Positions 9,019-19,057 of a stretch of 64,000 bases of DNA are shown piece after piece. The notes beneath the pieces are model-generated. The model did not search any database. It saw nothing but the letters and a program-made list of their open reading frames with translations, and was not told where the DNA came from. The DNA is from a virus. Both the position numbers and the translations under genes were made by a program. Where the stretch lies: positions 1 to 64,000 of the IMG/VR virus record IMGVR_UViG_3300032322_001315. One strand, 5' to 3'. Within the stretch, counting starts at the first letter, position 1. The number at the start of each line of letters is the position of its first letter.

Positions 9019-9366
9019 TTATCCTCTACGCATTTTTGCCATGTCTTGTGCGTCTTCTTGTGAGAAAACGGGGACAGCATTAGACTTATGTAGGGTACCA
9101 ATACCTAGCATTTTGTCTCCAGTATAGACATTCGACTCTTTTTTTGCAGTTCCATGACCAGACCATGTGTCAACACTACGAATTTCGGGTGTTTGACGAT
9201 AAGATGGGATTTCTAGAGTTGGTCTCTTGTTAGTTGTGACTTGAAATCTTGCAACTTTGGTATTTTGGGTGACACCAACACGTTTGCAAAATGCGTCATT
9301 CTCACGTTGCTGTTGCTTTGTGAGTTTCTTAGGTTTACTTTTACGAATGTGACAATGAATAATCAT
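9019..9366 (-). CDS. Conserved T4-like basic hypothetical protein
   Basis: YTG...HKSNAVPV motif; AAGGAGA RBS. Confidence 0.75.
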   Translation of the reverse strand: MIIHCHIRKSKPKKLTKQQQRENDAFCKRVGVTQNTKVARFQVTTNKRPTLEIPSYRQTPEIRSVDTWSGHGTAKKESNVYTGDKMLGIGTLHKSNAVPVFSQEDAQDMAKMRRG

Positions 9367-9387
9367 AGGTATCTCCTTAATAGAGAT

Positions 9388-9416
9388 ATCATAACATAGA
9401 AGCGAGTAAATGTCAA
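9388..9416 (-). promoter_or_regulatory. sigma70 promoter
   Basis: TTGACA-17 bp-TATGAT. Confidence 0.8.
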
Positions 9417-9419
9417 GCG

Positions 9420-9593
9420 TTAGAGTTCATAGTCTTGATGATTTTCAAGTTCCCATTGCTTCATTTTCTTTTTTACTTCGGCATGTTCTTTGATTTTATG
9501 CTTTGACTTTTTCTTTTTATTTGCATTGTATGAATATTCACAATCATCACGATATTCACGATTTTTTCTAAACTTACCGACAAATTTGCTCAT
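9420..9593 (-). CDS. 57-aa basic hypothetical protein (not in ORF track)
   Basis: AAGGAGAG upstream; MSKFVGKFRKNREYRDD...QDYEL fills the gap between genes. Confidence 0.6.
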   Translation of the reverse strand: MSKFVGKFRKNREYRDDCEYSYNANKKKKSKHKIKEHAEVKKKMKQWELENHQDYEL

Positions 9594-9611
9594 GTTAGTT
9601 TTTAACTCTCC

Positions 9612-10034
9612 TTAAGGTAACATTTGAGGAAAACACCTTTTAACAAAACCATAAGTAAGACCTGTAACTCCTTGGTCTTTTCTTAAAATACCCATAATAA
9701 CTTCTGCTTCTCTTGCTTCAAGATTTTCCAGCATTTGAATCAAGATTTCAAGTCTGCGCCTATCAGACAGAGATTCTGCTGTAGAATTTCCTTGTTGAAG
9801 TAAGTAAATTCTTCGCATTTCAATTCCTAAATTAGAATTGGACATGCCAGGAGGAGCATCTGACTTTTTGTATGTGTGAGGTAGTTCTTTGATTTTCCAA
9901 CGATATCCTGGATGAAAAGTATATTCTAATACTTTAACTAATACTTGAGAAAGATTTTTACGAATTACTTCTTCTCTTTCTATATCATTGGTAGCGAGTT
10001 CAAATTCATCAAAGACTTCATAAATGTTTTTCAT
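9612..10034 (-). CDS. Conserved T4-like hypothetical protein
   Basis: Typical rnh-adjacent family (RR.E..IQ.LE.L...EA). Confidence 0.7.
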   Translation of the reverse strand: MKNIYEVFDEFELATNDIEREEVIRKNLSQVLVKVLEYTFHPGYRWKIKELPHTYKKSDAPPGMSNSNLGIEMRRIYLLQQGNSTAESLSDRRRLEILIQMLENLEAREAEVIMGILRKDQGVTGLTYGFVKRCFPQMLP

Positions 10035-10891
10035 TAAAATTCCTCAATAACATCCATAAGATTTTTTAGTTTCTTTTCGATGAAATAATTTAGTAGTTTG
10101 CTTTTTGGAGCAGGTTTGGTTTCTTCATAATTATTTATGATTTTTTCTTTTATATCGGAAGGAATAAAAGACAGGTCAATCAGAATTTGATTACGAACAA
10201 ATCCAACGTGTGCATTTTCATCATACTTAGTATGCTCTTGCATCAAGTAATGGTCTACTTTATCTTTAGAAAGTACCTTTTGACGAATCTCACGAACAAA
10301 GGTATCTGCTGAAGATAGGATGTTGGGAATCCCGTCACCTTTGTCTCCACGGATAATCTTTTCTTTTAATTCTTGTGAAGGATTGTTTGAGATGATAAAC
10401 TTCTTTTGTGCAGGATTGTATTGCTTGATTTTATACTTACCCGTATTATACTTTTGAAGTTGTAGAAAATCACCATCACTAGAAATGATTAGTACATTTT
10501 CATGTGCAACTTGACGAGGCGCAAGTGTACCAATGATATCATCCGCTTCTGCTCCATCAACATCGACAACACGATATGGAAAGTTATCTTTTAGTTCTTG
10601 TTTGAATTTAGCAAGCATATCAAAGATAAGAGTCCAATTCAAATCAGACTTTTCACGGGCCTTCTTACGGCCTGCCTTGTAGAAAGGAAAAATAGTCCTG
10701 CGCCAGTAGTTACGATTATCACAGCACAGAACAACTTCACCATATTCATTCTTGAAATTCTTGATATGAGTACGAATCACATTAAGAATCATGTGACGAA
10801 CTAGGTCTTCTTCCATCTGCACATTTTTCTGTGAAGAAATTTGTGCCATCAGACCCGACAGCAAAACTTGATTCAAATCAACGAGTATCAT
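10034..10891 (-). CDS. rnh: T4-type RNase H (5'-3' exonuclease)
   Basis: WRR...YKA.RK, EADDII, SSDGDFLQL, GDKGDGIPN. Confidence 0.92.
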   Translation of the reverse strand: MILVDLNQVLLSGLMAQISSQKNVQMEEDLVRHMILNVIRTHIKNFKNEYGEVVLCCDNRNYWRRTIFPFYKAGRKKAREKSDLNWTLIFDMLAKFKQELKDNFPYRVVDVDGAEADDIIGTLAPRQVAHENVLIISSDGDFLQLQKYNTGKYKIKQYNPAQKKFIISNNPSQELKEKIIRGDKGDGIPNILSSADTFVREIRQKVLSKDKVDHYLMQEHTKYDENAHVGFVRNQILIDLSFIPSDIKEKIINNYEETKPAPKSKLLNYFIEKKLKNLMDVIEEF

Positions 10892-10915
10892 AATGACTCC
10901 AATTTAAGAACAATC

Positions 10916-10944
10916 AGTATATCACACTTTCTTTTTCTTGTCAA
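10916..10944 (-). promoter_or_regulatory. sigma70 promoter for rnh
   Basis: TTGACA-17 bp-TATACT. Confidence 0.75.
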
Positions 10945-11341
10945 GCATTCCTGCTTCTCGGAGTCTTTTATTTTTTACTGTATTGTATTTGCGAGTAACT
11001 TTTGCTTCTTCCACAATAGTACCACACGCTTCCACAATATCTTGCCACCACTTGATTACTTTTCGTACTTGAGGTTTAGAGAAGTTACTATAACCTTCTT
11101 TAATCTGTTCGTCCGTAGAATCTAATACTTCTTGATATTCTGCAATTCTAAACTTTGAATGTTCGATAATATCTTTTGTGTGAGCTCTTTTCACTCCTAA
11201 AGAGTAAAGAACTTTATACATTTTAGTCTCTCTCCAAGTCAGAATAAACTCATCAAAATGACCTTCTATTTCTCCAAGTATTTCATTGGTCTTGTTTTTG
11301 GTTCTATCTTGAATTGAAACTACATTTTCACTATCACTCAT
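10922..11341 (-). CDS. Conserved hypothetical protein
   Basis: SIQDR and D.Q..EGYS motifs typical of T4-like phages. Confidence 0.65.
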   Translation of the reverse strand: MSDSENVVSIQDRTKNKTNEILGEIEGHFDEFILTWRETKMYKVLYSLGVKRAHTKDIIEHSKFRIAEYQEVLDSTDEQIKEGYSNFSKPQVRKVIKWWQDIVEACGTIVEEAKVTRKYNTVKNKRLREAGMLDKKKKV

Positions 11342-11756
11342 TTTTCAAAAATGCCTTTAGATGTTTTTTGTGTACTCTTACCATTATCCATGTGTTGTAA
11401 TATTCTTCGCCTTCTAATACCATTCTGCTGAACTGTTCTTTTGCTTCTAGATATCCGCATTGTCCTTTTGTTTTGCATAGGTATAGAATCTCTCTCTTGA
11501 AGTTATCTTCACCCAACAGTTTAACATCATTTTGCAGTTCTGTGTTGGATCCATAGTAAGTTTGCCAATCGCTGGACACTTTAAATCTTTTCTTTTTGCC
11601 TTTTACTTGTTTACTCTTGATACTATAGAAGAACTTCTTACCTATGTACTTTTTTCGGTTTGTTAGATTGGTGATGCAGTAGACAAATCCATATGCATCA
11701 CCAATCTGTTCTTCAGTAAACTCAACGTCTTTGTATACCCAATTTAGTCGTCCCAT
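11334..11756 (-). CDS. GIY-YIG family endonuclease-like protein
   Basis: GFVYCITN...KYIGKK, YYGS, FKREIL. Confidence 0.75.
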   Translation of the reverse strand: MGRLNWVYKDVEFTEEQIGDAYGFVYCITNLTNRKKYIGKKFFYSIKSKQVKGKKKRFKVSSDWQTYYGSNTELQNDVKLLGEDNFKREILYLCKTKGQCGYLEAKEQFSRMVLEGEEYYNTWIMVRVHKKHLKAFLKNE

Positions 11757-11938
11757 CCTTCGTCATCATCCTCGGAGTCATCTTCGTCTTCTATATATTC
11801 CTCCGAAATATCTTCAATAGTTTCACCACAGAACGGACAAAATTCTGGATATTCTGATGAGACTAATTCTTCAATATATTGCATTGAGTATGATGATTCA
11901 CAACTTGCACATTCTCCTGTAATTAGTTTTTCTGTCAT
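11744..11938 (-). CDS. Zinc-ribbon protein with acidic tail
   Basis: CASC...CPFCG and D/E-rich C-terminus. Confidence 0.7.
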   Translation of the reverse strand: MTEKLITGECASCESSYSMQYIEELVSSEYPEFCPFCGETIEDISEEYIEDEDDSEDDDEGWDD

Positions 11939-11955
11939 TTTGCTTTTCCTTGTTA

Positions 11956-12939
11956 TTATGCCCAAACCTCAGACCAATCTCCAGTCAAAGCACCTTTCGC
12001 ATAATCTGTTGCACGATTCTCAAAGAAGTTCGTGTGTGTTGGAGCATTAATCATTTCTTCAACCCAAGGTAGAGGATTGCGCTTTACTTTAAAAATACCT
12101 TTTAGACCCAAAGAAATTAATCTTCTGTCTGCGATATAACGAATATACTTCTTAACATCTTCTTGGTTGAGATTTTCCATCGCACCCATACCAAATGCCA
12201 AGTCAATAAACTTATCCTCAAGTTCTACCATTCTTTCTGCAATACTATAAATCTTAGACTTGAGTTCATCATTCCAAATTTCTTTGTTCTCTTCGACAAA
12301 GGTTCTGAATAACTTAATCATAGATTCACAATGTTGCGTCTCATCAACAATAGACCAAGTTACTATTTGACCCATACCTTTCATTTTTCCATGACGAGGA
12401 AAATTCAACAGCATGATGAAGGAAGAGAAAAGTTGCATACCTTCTGTGAAGGCGGAGAATACAGCAATATGAGTTGCTGTGTTTTCTTTGGTTGTATTCT
12501 TGCTTGATACATCGATAATGTAATCGTGCTTTTCTTTCATTTCCGCATACTCAAGAAACTCATTATATGTAGTCTCTGGGAGACCTAGAGTTTCGATAAG
12601 ATGACTGTATGCTGCAATATGCAATGCTTCTCTTGCTGCGAACCCAGCAAGCATCATACGAATTTCTGGCTGTGGAAAATAAGGAAGATAATTCTTTACA
12701 TAACCACCCGCAACGTCAATATCACCTTGAGTGAAGAATCTGAAGATATTTGTAAGAAAGTGTTTTTCTTCATTTGTTAATTTCTTTTTCCAATCTTTGA
12801 CATCTTCATGCATAGGCACTTCTGTATGCATCCAATGTGATTGTTCATGTTTTAGCCACGCCTCATATGCCCAAGGATAATTAAATGGTTTGAAATAATC
12901 TCTTTCTTCTGTTAGTTTTTGTTGTGACTTTTTAATCAT
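11956..12939 (-). CDS. nrdB: Ribonucleotide reductase class I beta subunit
   Basis: EALHIAAYS, TEGMQLFSSF, DETQH, NFFENRATDY. Confidence 0.95.
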   Translation of the reverse strand: MIKKSQQKLTEERDYFKPFNYPWAYEAWLKHEQSHWMHTEVPMHEDVKDWKKKLTNEEKHFLTNIFRFFTQGDIDVAGGYVKNYLPYFPQPEIRMMLAGFAAREALHIAAYSHLIETLGLPETTYNEFLEYAEMKEKHDYIIDVSSKNTTKENTATHIAVFSAFTEGMQLFSSFIMLLNFPRHGKMKGMGQIVTWSIVDETQHCESMIKLFRTFVEENKEIWNDELKSKIYSIAERMVELEDKFIDLAFGMGAMENLNQEDVKKYIRYIADRRLISLGLKGIFKVKRNPLPWVEEMINAPTHTNFFENRATDYAKGALTGDWSEVWA

Positions 12940-13177
12940 TGAGCCAAGTCTCCAGTTGAGATTTTGTTAGATTTCCTACGCTGCGTTTAATTTCTACGTT
13001 TTCATCGACCATGACTAAAGTCGGAACACCACGGATTCCATATTGTACTGCAAGTTCAGACTGTTCATCAATATCAATATCTTCAATAGGAACTTCTGTT
13101 TTCAAATCTTCTATTGTCTTCGACAACATCTTACATGGTCCGCACCAAGATGCGGAAAACTTCAATACTTTTCTCAT
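12932..13177 (-). CDS. trxA: Thioredoxin
   Basis: WCGPCK, GVPT. Confidence 0.92.
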   Translation of the reverse strand: MRKVLKFSASWCGPCKMLSKTIEDLKTEVPIEDIDIDEQSELAVQYGIRGVPTLVMVDENVEIKRSVGNLTKSQLETWLND

Positions 13178-13179
13178 TT

Positions 13180-13410
13180 TTATCCTTTAAACCAAATGTA
13201 TGTTGCAATTAAATTTATAAAGAAAAAGTATACATTTTGCAATAACAAAGGCATATTCTTGTGAGTCTTCCAAAAATCATATATCAATATTGCATGACCT
13301 ATTATGAATAAAGGAAATGCAAATTTCATGATAGAAAGTTTAAGGGAGACTATTGTTCCACCAAAAACAAAAATTGCAAACGCAATCCATTTTATATCAA
13401 AATTTTTCAT
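13180..13410 (-). CDS. Small membrane protein
   Basis: Three hydrophobic segments; coupled to nrdA. Confidence 0.65.
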   Translation of the reverse strand: MKNFDIKWIAFAIFVFGGTIVSLKLSIMKFAFPLFIIGHAILIYDFWKTHKNMPLLLQNVYFFFINLIATYIWFKG

Positions 13411-15191
13411 CCTTCACATGCAATACAGTCGTTGCCCTTTGCAATTTCTGTCATGTCTAGTTCTTTAATGACTTGACGTTCAATTCGTTTCGATACCTTA
13501 TCTGCTTTACCAATTTTCTCTGAACGGCAATAGTATAGAGTTTTCAAACCTTTTTTCCATGCCATAAAGTGAATAGCATGAACATATTTGATATTTGAAT
13601 CTGGTCTAAAGAACAGATTGATTGATTGTGCTTGGTCAATATACTGTTGACGGTCAGCAGCAAGTTCAACGACCCAACGTTGGTCAATTTCCATTGAAGT
13701 CTTGAAAACTTCTTTTTCGTTATCATCTAGAATATCAAGATGCTGTACAGAACCGTCATTTGCAATGATTGAAGACCACACATCATTATATTCTTCGTCT
13801 GTAACCTTTTGCTTTATAATTTCATCAAGCCACCGGTTCTTGTTGAGATGTGAACCGGACAAAGTGTCTTGACGGTATGCGTTAGCCCGATAAGGTTCAA
13901 CACTAGGGCTAGTATTACCCATGATAATGGAAGAACTTGCATTAGGAGCAACGGCCATGAGATGGCTAAACCTATTCCCAGTACCTTGTGCATCAGGCGC
14001 CTCACCTCTTTCTGCTCCGAGTTCTTTGTTTGCATTATCCAGTCCTTCTCTAATATGTTTGAAGATTCTATTGTTTGCAACCTTTGCCATCACTCCTTCA
14101 AAGGCGATTTTATTACGTTGCAGATAAGCATGAAATCCAAGAGCACCGACACCAATACTTCGCTCACGCTCGGCTGAGTAACTAGCCCTAGATATAGAAT
14201 CGGGAGCATTATTAATGAAAAAAGTAAGCACATTATCAAGCATTTCAGCAACGTCTCTAAGAAAGAGCGGATTGTCTTTCCATTCATCATATGTTTCTAG
14301 ATTTAGAGATGATAGACAACATACGGCAGTCCTCTTTTCGTCTGTCGGAAGAGTGATTTCAGAACAAAGATTAGATTGATGAATCTTGAGTCCTTTGTCT
14401 TTCAACCATTGAGGCATCAATCTGTTACTGGTGTCAATATAATGTATATATGGTTCTCCAGTATGCATACGCAATTCTAGAATTTGTTGCCACAAATGTT
14501 TTGCTGAAACAACTTCTCTTACATCTCCACTATAAGGATCTTTTAGTTCCCAATCATCTTTTGCATCAGGATCAATCATACACTTTTCAATGATTCGCAT
14601 AAAATCATCTGTAATGTTGATGCCATGATGTAGATTCAAGCAACGCAAATTAGGGTCTCCAGTGGGCTTACGCATTTCAAGGAATGAAATGATATCTGGA
14701 TGTGAAATATCTAGATACGCCGCATATGACCCTCTACGAGTGCGTCCTTGACGATATGCTAATGAACTCGCATCATAGATTTTAAGGTGAGGCATGACTC
14801 CTGTGCTTTTATCACCAGCAGAGCGTATACCAAAGCCGATGCCAACGCCGCCTCCAAGCATAGATAACCAATTTGTTTCTGATAAGTTGTCAACTAGACC
14901 CTCCGCAGTATCTTCGATATAATTAAGGAAACACGATATTGGCATGCCTCTACTAGAGCGTCCGAAAGATAGAATAGGAGTAGAATAAGATAGCCAATGC
15001 TTACTAGAATAGTCGTATAGACGTTGAGCGTGGTCTGGATTAGAACCAAATGCTTTAGACACATATGCAAACCTTTGTTGTGGTGAGGTTTCATCCTCTC
15101 TCATGTATGATTCTTTAAGTCTCTTGATTCCCAATTCATCAAATAACTTATCACGTTCCAAATCAATGTTAATACCTAGATACTCTTCCAT
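13407..15191 (-). CDS. nrdA: Ribonucleotide reductase class I alpha subunit (no ATP cone)
   Basis: SCF, SNLCSEI, APNASSS, KTLYYCRS, C-terminal CIACEG. Confidence 0.95.
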   Translation of the reverse strand: MEEYLGINIDLERDKLFDELGIKRLKESYMREDETSPQQRFAYVSKAFGSNPDHAQRLYDYSSKHWLSYSTPILSFGRSSRGMPISCFLNYIEDTAEGLVDNLSETNWLSMLGGGVGIGFGIRSAGDKSTGVMPHLKIYDASSLAYRQGRTRRGSYAAYLDISHPDIISFLEMRKPTGDPNLRCLNLHHGINITDDFMRIIEKCMIDPDAKDDWELKDPYSGDVREVVSAKHLWQQILELRMHTGEPYIHYIDTSNRLMPQWLKDKGLKIHQSNLCSEITLPTDEKRTAVCCLSSLNLETYDEWKDNPLFLRDVAEMLDNVLTFFINNAPDSISRASYSAERERSIGVGALGFHAYLQRNKIAFEGVMAKVANNRIFKHIREGLDNANKELGAERGEAPDAQGTGNRFSHLMAVAPNASSSIIMGNTSPSVEPYRANAYRQDTLSGSHLNKNRWLDEIIKQKVTDEEYNDVWSSIIANDGSVQHLDILDDNEKEVFKTSMEIDQRWVVELAADRQQYIDQAQSINLFFRPDSNIKYVHAIHFMAWKKGLKTLYYCRSEKIGKADKVSKRIERQVIKELDMTEIAKGNDCIACEG

Positions 15192-15206
15192 TTATTTTCC
15201 TTATTA

Positions 15207-15569
15207 TTATAGACTATCAAAAAACTGTTTGATGTTTGGAGGAGAATATGTATCTGGTTTTAAAATCTTACCATCTTCTCTTCGTTCAACTTTACCAGAA
15301 GGACCAATCTTACTAAAATTACTTCTCTTGACTTCATCCCATACTCTTTGGTTTGGAATATCAAGTGTCACTTCAAGGCCTTCAAGAACCCAACGTAAAT
15401 CCGCACATGCATCAGCAATCTCGACAATATCTTTATTCTTGTATGCTTCTTTCAATTCGTTAAACTCTTCTTCAATCAACTTAAAATATAAGTCAGATTG
15501 GTCACCAAAACCTCTTTCGTTTTGGCCACAATTCATCATAAACGTTTTAACATGAGCATATGTATCCAT
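15207..15569 (-). CDS. All-alpha NTP pyrophosphohydrolase (MazG/PRA-PH-like)
   Basis: LIEEEFNEL, DACAD, SNFSK, REDGKILKP. Confidence 0.8.
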   Translation of the reverse strand: MDTYAHVKTFMMNCGQNERGFGDQSDLYFKLIEEEFNELKEAYKNKDIVEIADACADLRWVLEGLEVTLDIPNQRVWDEVKRSNFSKIGPSGKVERREDGKILKPDTYSPPNIKQFFDSL

Positions 15570-15571
15570 AA

Positions 15572-16243
15572 TTATCCTTCACAAACAAATTGATTAATCA
15601 TCGGAAAAATTTCTTCAATCACTTTAGCACAAGCATTTGCAACTTCACGATGTTCTTTTTGTGTACCTTTTTCTGTTCTGAGTTGTATATAGTGAACCCA
15701 AGAACGTAGACTTCCATTCATATACAATCTAGATGGAGTCATACCTTCAGGTAATACTGCTCTTGCTTGTTCCTTTGCTATTCCATTTTCTATTGCCCAC
15801 TCATATGCAATCTTAACTTCCTTTGCTACTCTATCTTGCATAACCGACCATGCATAGTTTAGACTGTAGTCATCTGAAGGTAAACTATTTTGCCTATTCT
15901 TATTATCCTGAAGTCTTGATTCTTTTTGAATAAAGTTTAAATCTGCTTCAGCATATCTTTGGCTAAACTCTTGAAATGAAAAAGAACGATGCCGCAAAAT
16001 TTGTCTAGCAATATCTCTTGTTGTTTCAATCTCAAGGCAAACATTCACCATTTCAAGTGGAGACCAATGCTGATGACCGATTAGATAGTTAATCAATCTA
16101 TCGTTTGTTTGATTATTATTTTGATTTGCCGGATTAGACACTCTAGCACAATATGCAACTAGGTCTTGTAGATTTTCGACTCCAGAATCTACAAATGCTT
16201 CTTTATTTACTTGGGTATAACTAATCAGTCTTACTTGCATCAC
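15572..16243 (-). CDS. thyX: FAD-dependent thymidylate synthase
   Basis: HWSPLE, RHRSFSFQEFSQRY, TQKEHR. Confidence 0.95.
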   Translation of the reverse strand: MMQVRLISYTQVNKEAFVDSGVENLQDLVAYCARVSNPANQNNNQTNDRLINYLIGHQHWSPLEMVNVCLEIETTRDIARQILRHRSFSFQEFSQRYAEADLNFIQKESRLQDNKNRQNSLPSDDYSLNYAWSVMQDRVAKEVKIAYEWAIENGIAKEQARAVLPEGMTPSRLYMNGSLRSWVHYIQLRTEKGTQKEHREVANACAKVIEEIFPMINQFVCEG

Positions 16244-16709
16244 CGTAACTCCAAATTTCTTTTAAATATTCTTCATCCCAAATGTCATAATAAGGGGTCT
16301 TCTTTAACGTTTCTCTAAATTGTAACAACTTTTCCTTGGGTTGTGCAAGAATAATAGGATATTCACCATTACCTGTATTTACTCCATTAATAAAACCTGG
16401 ATTGTTAGGATGGTCCTTAAGAAATGCTACACTAGGAAATAGTTTATTGAGTTCGCTTATTGCATTAATACATTGTTCATCACTTAACGTATTATCAACA
16501 TCACAGAACAAAATAACTTCATATTTCATAGTCAAACTAAACCCATTCATATAGGTAGTTATTTGTTGTATTGGTTCACCATCAATACGATATGCAAATA
16601 TGGTACCATCATCATATGCTTTCTTTGCAAAAGGACATATGGCGAAACCATTAAGTTCATTTCTCTTTAATGAAACTCTATGTATCCAATCAACTAAATT
16701 TTTTTCCAT
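16221..16709 (-). CDS. Hypothetical protein (CPFA motif)
   Basis: CPFAKKA, DHP, YY..W motifs. Confidence 0.65.
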   Translation of the reverse strand: MEKNLVDWIHRVSLKRNELNGFAICPFAKKAYDDGTIFAYRIDGEPIQQITTYMNGFSLTMKYEVILFCDVDNTLSDEQCINAISELNKLFPSVAFLKDHPNNPGFINGVNTGNGEYPIILAQPKEKLLQFRETLKKTPYYDIWDEEYLKEIWSYGDASKTD

Positions 16710-17704
16710 TTTGAAAACTCAAGTTCCGCTCTAAGTTTACTGAAAGTAAAATTATCTATCAAAGCCAACAATTCATGGATTGAGCAACCAGACAAAATAA
16801 TCTCGTTTATGTCCTTTTCTTTGACCTTTTCTGGTAAAAGACAAACACTATTACCATCTTTGATTGCTTTCTCTATCGTCTTCACAATTTCTTTGTTTCT
16901 GGGTTCATTGTCAAATACAAGAGTTACATCATTAAATCTCAGTTCATTTACTCTTGTGAGATTTGAGTCTGCTGTTGCAATTGCATTAGGAATGAACATA
17001 GAATCGATAGGACCTTCAACAACATAAACTTTTTTGTTAGGATCCACTCTATCTAGACCAAAGAACTTAGTTACATCTTTTTGTAGAGTTATTGTGACAT
17101 ATCTCATCTTTGATTCGCCCAATGCTCTACCTTGAATAGCAATCAAAGATTTATCTTTATCATAAAAAGGAATAACTAATCTTTTATCTCCTTCAATCAG
17201 ATTAGTTTCTTCATTTTGAATTGATTCTACAAAAGATTTAAAATCGTCTGCATAATATAATTGCGAATAGAATTCTTTTGGGATTTTTCTGTTTGTGACG
17301 TAATCTTTACAGAAATGACCATCAGGCAAATCTTCAACAGAAGGTAACTTTATCGAATCTTTAAATACAGGTTTTGTTTTGAATTCATCAAAAGTTGGTT
17401 TCTTATAATTGTGATTGCCAGTCTCACCGTTCTTGAAACGTTCTAGTGCATACTCTTTTACGAGAGAAGGATCCGTGAGACTAAGAAAATTATAAAATGT
17501 GTGGCTAGCACCGCAATTGTGGCACATAAAAAAATAGTCGTTATTCTTTCTGAAAATATATCCACGTGCTTTACTCTTTTTGGTTTGGGAATCACCACAA
17601 ATGGGACACCTGAAGTTATATAGGTCTTGCTTCTTTTGAGCAAACCTTTCTAACTTAGGAGACAATAGGTGAAGGAATTTACGGTCAATGTGTATACTCA
17701 TCAC
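16694..17704 (-). CDS. 61: DNA primase (T4 gp61)
   Basis: RCPICGDS zinc finger, CHNCG, EGPIDSMF, DNEPRN, KDIN. Confidence 0.95.
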   Translation of the reverse strand: MMSIHIDRKFLHLLSPKLERFAQKKQDLYNFRCPICGDSQTKKSKARGYIFRKNNDYFFMCHNCGASHTFYNFLSLTDPSLVKEYALERFKNGETGNHNYKKPTFDEFKTKPVFKDSIKLPSVEDLPDGHFCKDYVTNRKIPKEFYSQLYYADDFKSFVESIQNEETNLIEGDKRLVIPFYDKDKSLIAIQGRALGESKMRYVTITLQKDVTKFFGLDRVDPNKKVYVVEGPIDSMFIPNAIATADSNLTRVNELRFNDVTLVFDNEPRNKEIVKTIEKAIKDGNSVCLLPEKVKEKDINEIILSGCSIHELLALIDNFTFSKLRAELEFSKWKKI

Positions 17705-17737
17705 TATAGCATAACACAGTCCGAGAGACTTGTAAAG

Positions 17738-18160
17738 TTATTTCCCGGCAAAGAGTGAAACTATATCGACATGAGATATTACCCAAGATATCACAACAAT
17801 ACCACCTGCGACCATCCACTTCCATTGCAGAAGTTTATCTAATGATTCTTTTTCATGAACATTGTGATTGGTCATTTCAATACGCAATTCTTTAATTTCA
17901 TTGAGCAATCTAAGTTCAGATGTTTGTACTTTATCAATAACAGTATCGATTCTGTTATGTATTTCTTTGACACTTGCCTCAGTTTCTAATCTTCTTTTTT
18001 CCATGACTTTATATAAAGTTGAAGTATCTTTATCTTGTTGTTCTACTAGTTTTTCTATTACCGTGTCCATTTTTCCACACAATATGGTTAGAGTGTTGAC
18101 TTGCTCTTTAAGAACACCCACATCAACCTTTAATTGTGTATCATTTGGTATCGATGCCAT
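17738..18160 (-). CDS. Coiled-coil protein with C-terminal TM helix
   Basis: Heptad-rich; W.WMV.GG hydrophobic C-terminus; last gene of the lysis block. Confidence 0.65.
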   Translation of the reverse strand: MASIPNDTQLKVDVGVLKEQVNTLTILCGKMDTVIEKLVEQQDKDTSTLYKVMEKRRLETEASVKEIHNRIDTVIDKVQTSELRLLNEIKELRIEMTNHNVHEKESLDKLLQWKWMVAGGIVVISWVISHVDIVSLFAGK

Positions 18161-18161
18161 T

Positions 18162-18494
18162 TTACTGTCTTATGTCCAATTCTGTTTCTCTTACATTACC
18201 ATCAGTATCGGTAAATGTTGTTTTTTCTTTACTGCGGCCCCATGCTGCAATACCGAGAATAGCACCAAAAGCAAGATGAACTAAACCAGCACCTTGTAGT
18301 GTTATTGGATTCCATTGCATCAAAGTTGATTCTTTAAAAAACATTGTCTGAGCTAATGCGTGTAATACTGGAAACAAAACAAAATCGCAAGCACATATTA
18401 CCATGTATAACCATCCCATCGCCGGACGCCAATATGATTTTGCCCAATGCTCATCGACTACAGAATGATGTGCTGCTATCTTTGACGGTTTCAT
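18162..18494 (-). CDS. Holin (3TM/GTA-type)
   Basis: WRPAMGWLYMVICACDF, W.P.TLQG.GL.H, GAILG..AWGR..EK. Confidence 0.8.
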   Translation of the reverse strand: MKPSKIAAHHSVVDEHWAKSYWRPAMGWLYMVICACDFVLFPVLHALAQTMFFKESTLMQWNPITLQGAGLVHLAFGAILGIAAWGRSKEKTTFTDTDGNVRETELDIRQ

Positions 18495-19057
18495 TTATTC
18501 AATTCTCTCTGTTGCCTAATCCATTCTTGTAAATCTTTTAATTGTTCTGCTACTTGATTGTATTTATTATAATTCTCTATTATTACTTTTTTTGCTTCAG
18601 AGAGTTCAATTCCGGAGGGGGTTTCATCAACTGCTCCGGTGGGATCGGGAATGGAGTTTTTTGCGGCGCTGTCGTGCAACTCGACAAAAGAATTGTGAAG
18701 AGAACAGTCAGCATCGTTGTTTGTATTGACATATTTGATAATTTCATCGCCTCTTTCCTTTATCACTTTTTGTTTTAGTACATATTGAGTTACGATTTTT
18801 TCTGTAACATTTTTGCTTTCATCATTGATTCTTTTTATTTCTGCGTTTGCTTTTTCAACTTCTGCACTAAGAACATCTGCTCCCCAATTTAATCCTTGAA
18901 GAAAAACACCAACCAATAACAACACTAACCCTAAAGTTTTTGTCGGTAAAGACCTAACAAAAGGAACAAATGTTGATATAAGATATGCAACTGTTCCTGC
19001 TGCAAGTATAAGATAGATTATAAATGAAGGTATGTGCTGTAGCAACCATAACATCAT
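18491..19057 (-). CDS. Rz-like inner-membrane spanin
   Basis: N-terminal TM, coiled coil, follows the endolysin, carries an embedded lipoprotein gene. Confidence 0.8.
   Translation of the reverse strand: MMLWLLQHIPSFIIYLILAAGTVAYLISTFVPFVRSLPTKTLGLVLLLVGVFLQGLNWGADVLSAEVEKANAEIKRINDESKNVTEKIVTQYVLKQKVIKERGDEIIKYVNTNNDADCSLHNSFVELHDSAAKNSIPDPTGAVDETPSGIELSEAKKVIIENYNKYNQVAEQLKDLQEWIRQQRELNK
18583..18747 (-). CDS. Rz1-like outer-membrane lipoprotein spanin embedded in +1 frame (not in ORF track)
   Basis: MKLSNMSIQTTMLTVLFTILLSSC|TTAPQKTPFPIPPEQLMKPPPELNSLKQKK: lipobox LSSC, Pro-rich mature part, AAGGAAAGAGG upstream. Confidence 0.8.
   Translation of the reverse strand: MKLSNMSIQTTMLTVLFTILLSSCTTAPQKTPFPIPPEQLMKPPPELNSLKQKK

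Noticed and set aside
11334-11756. Mobile homing endonuclease next to nrdB
   Set aside because: Only a catalytic-size GIY-YIG domain with no DNA-binding extension; mobility is unsupported.
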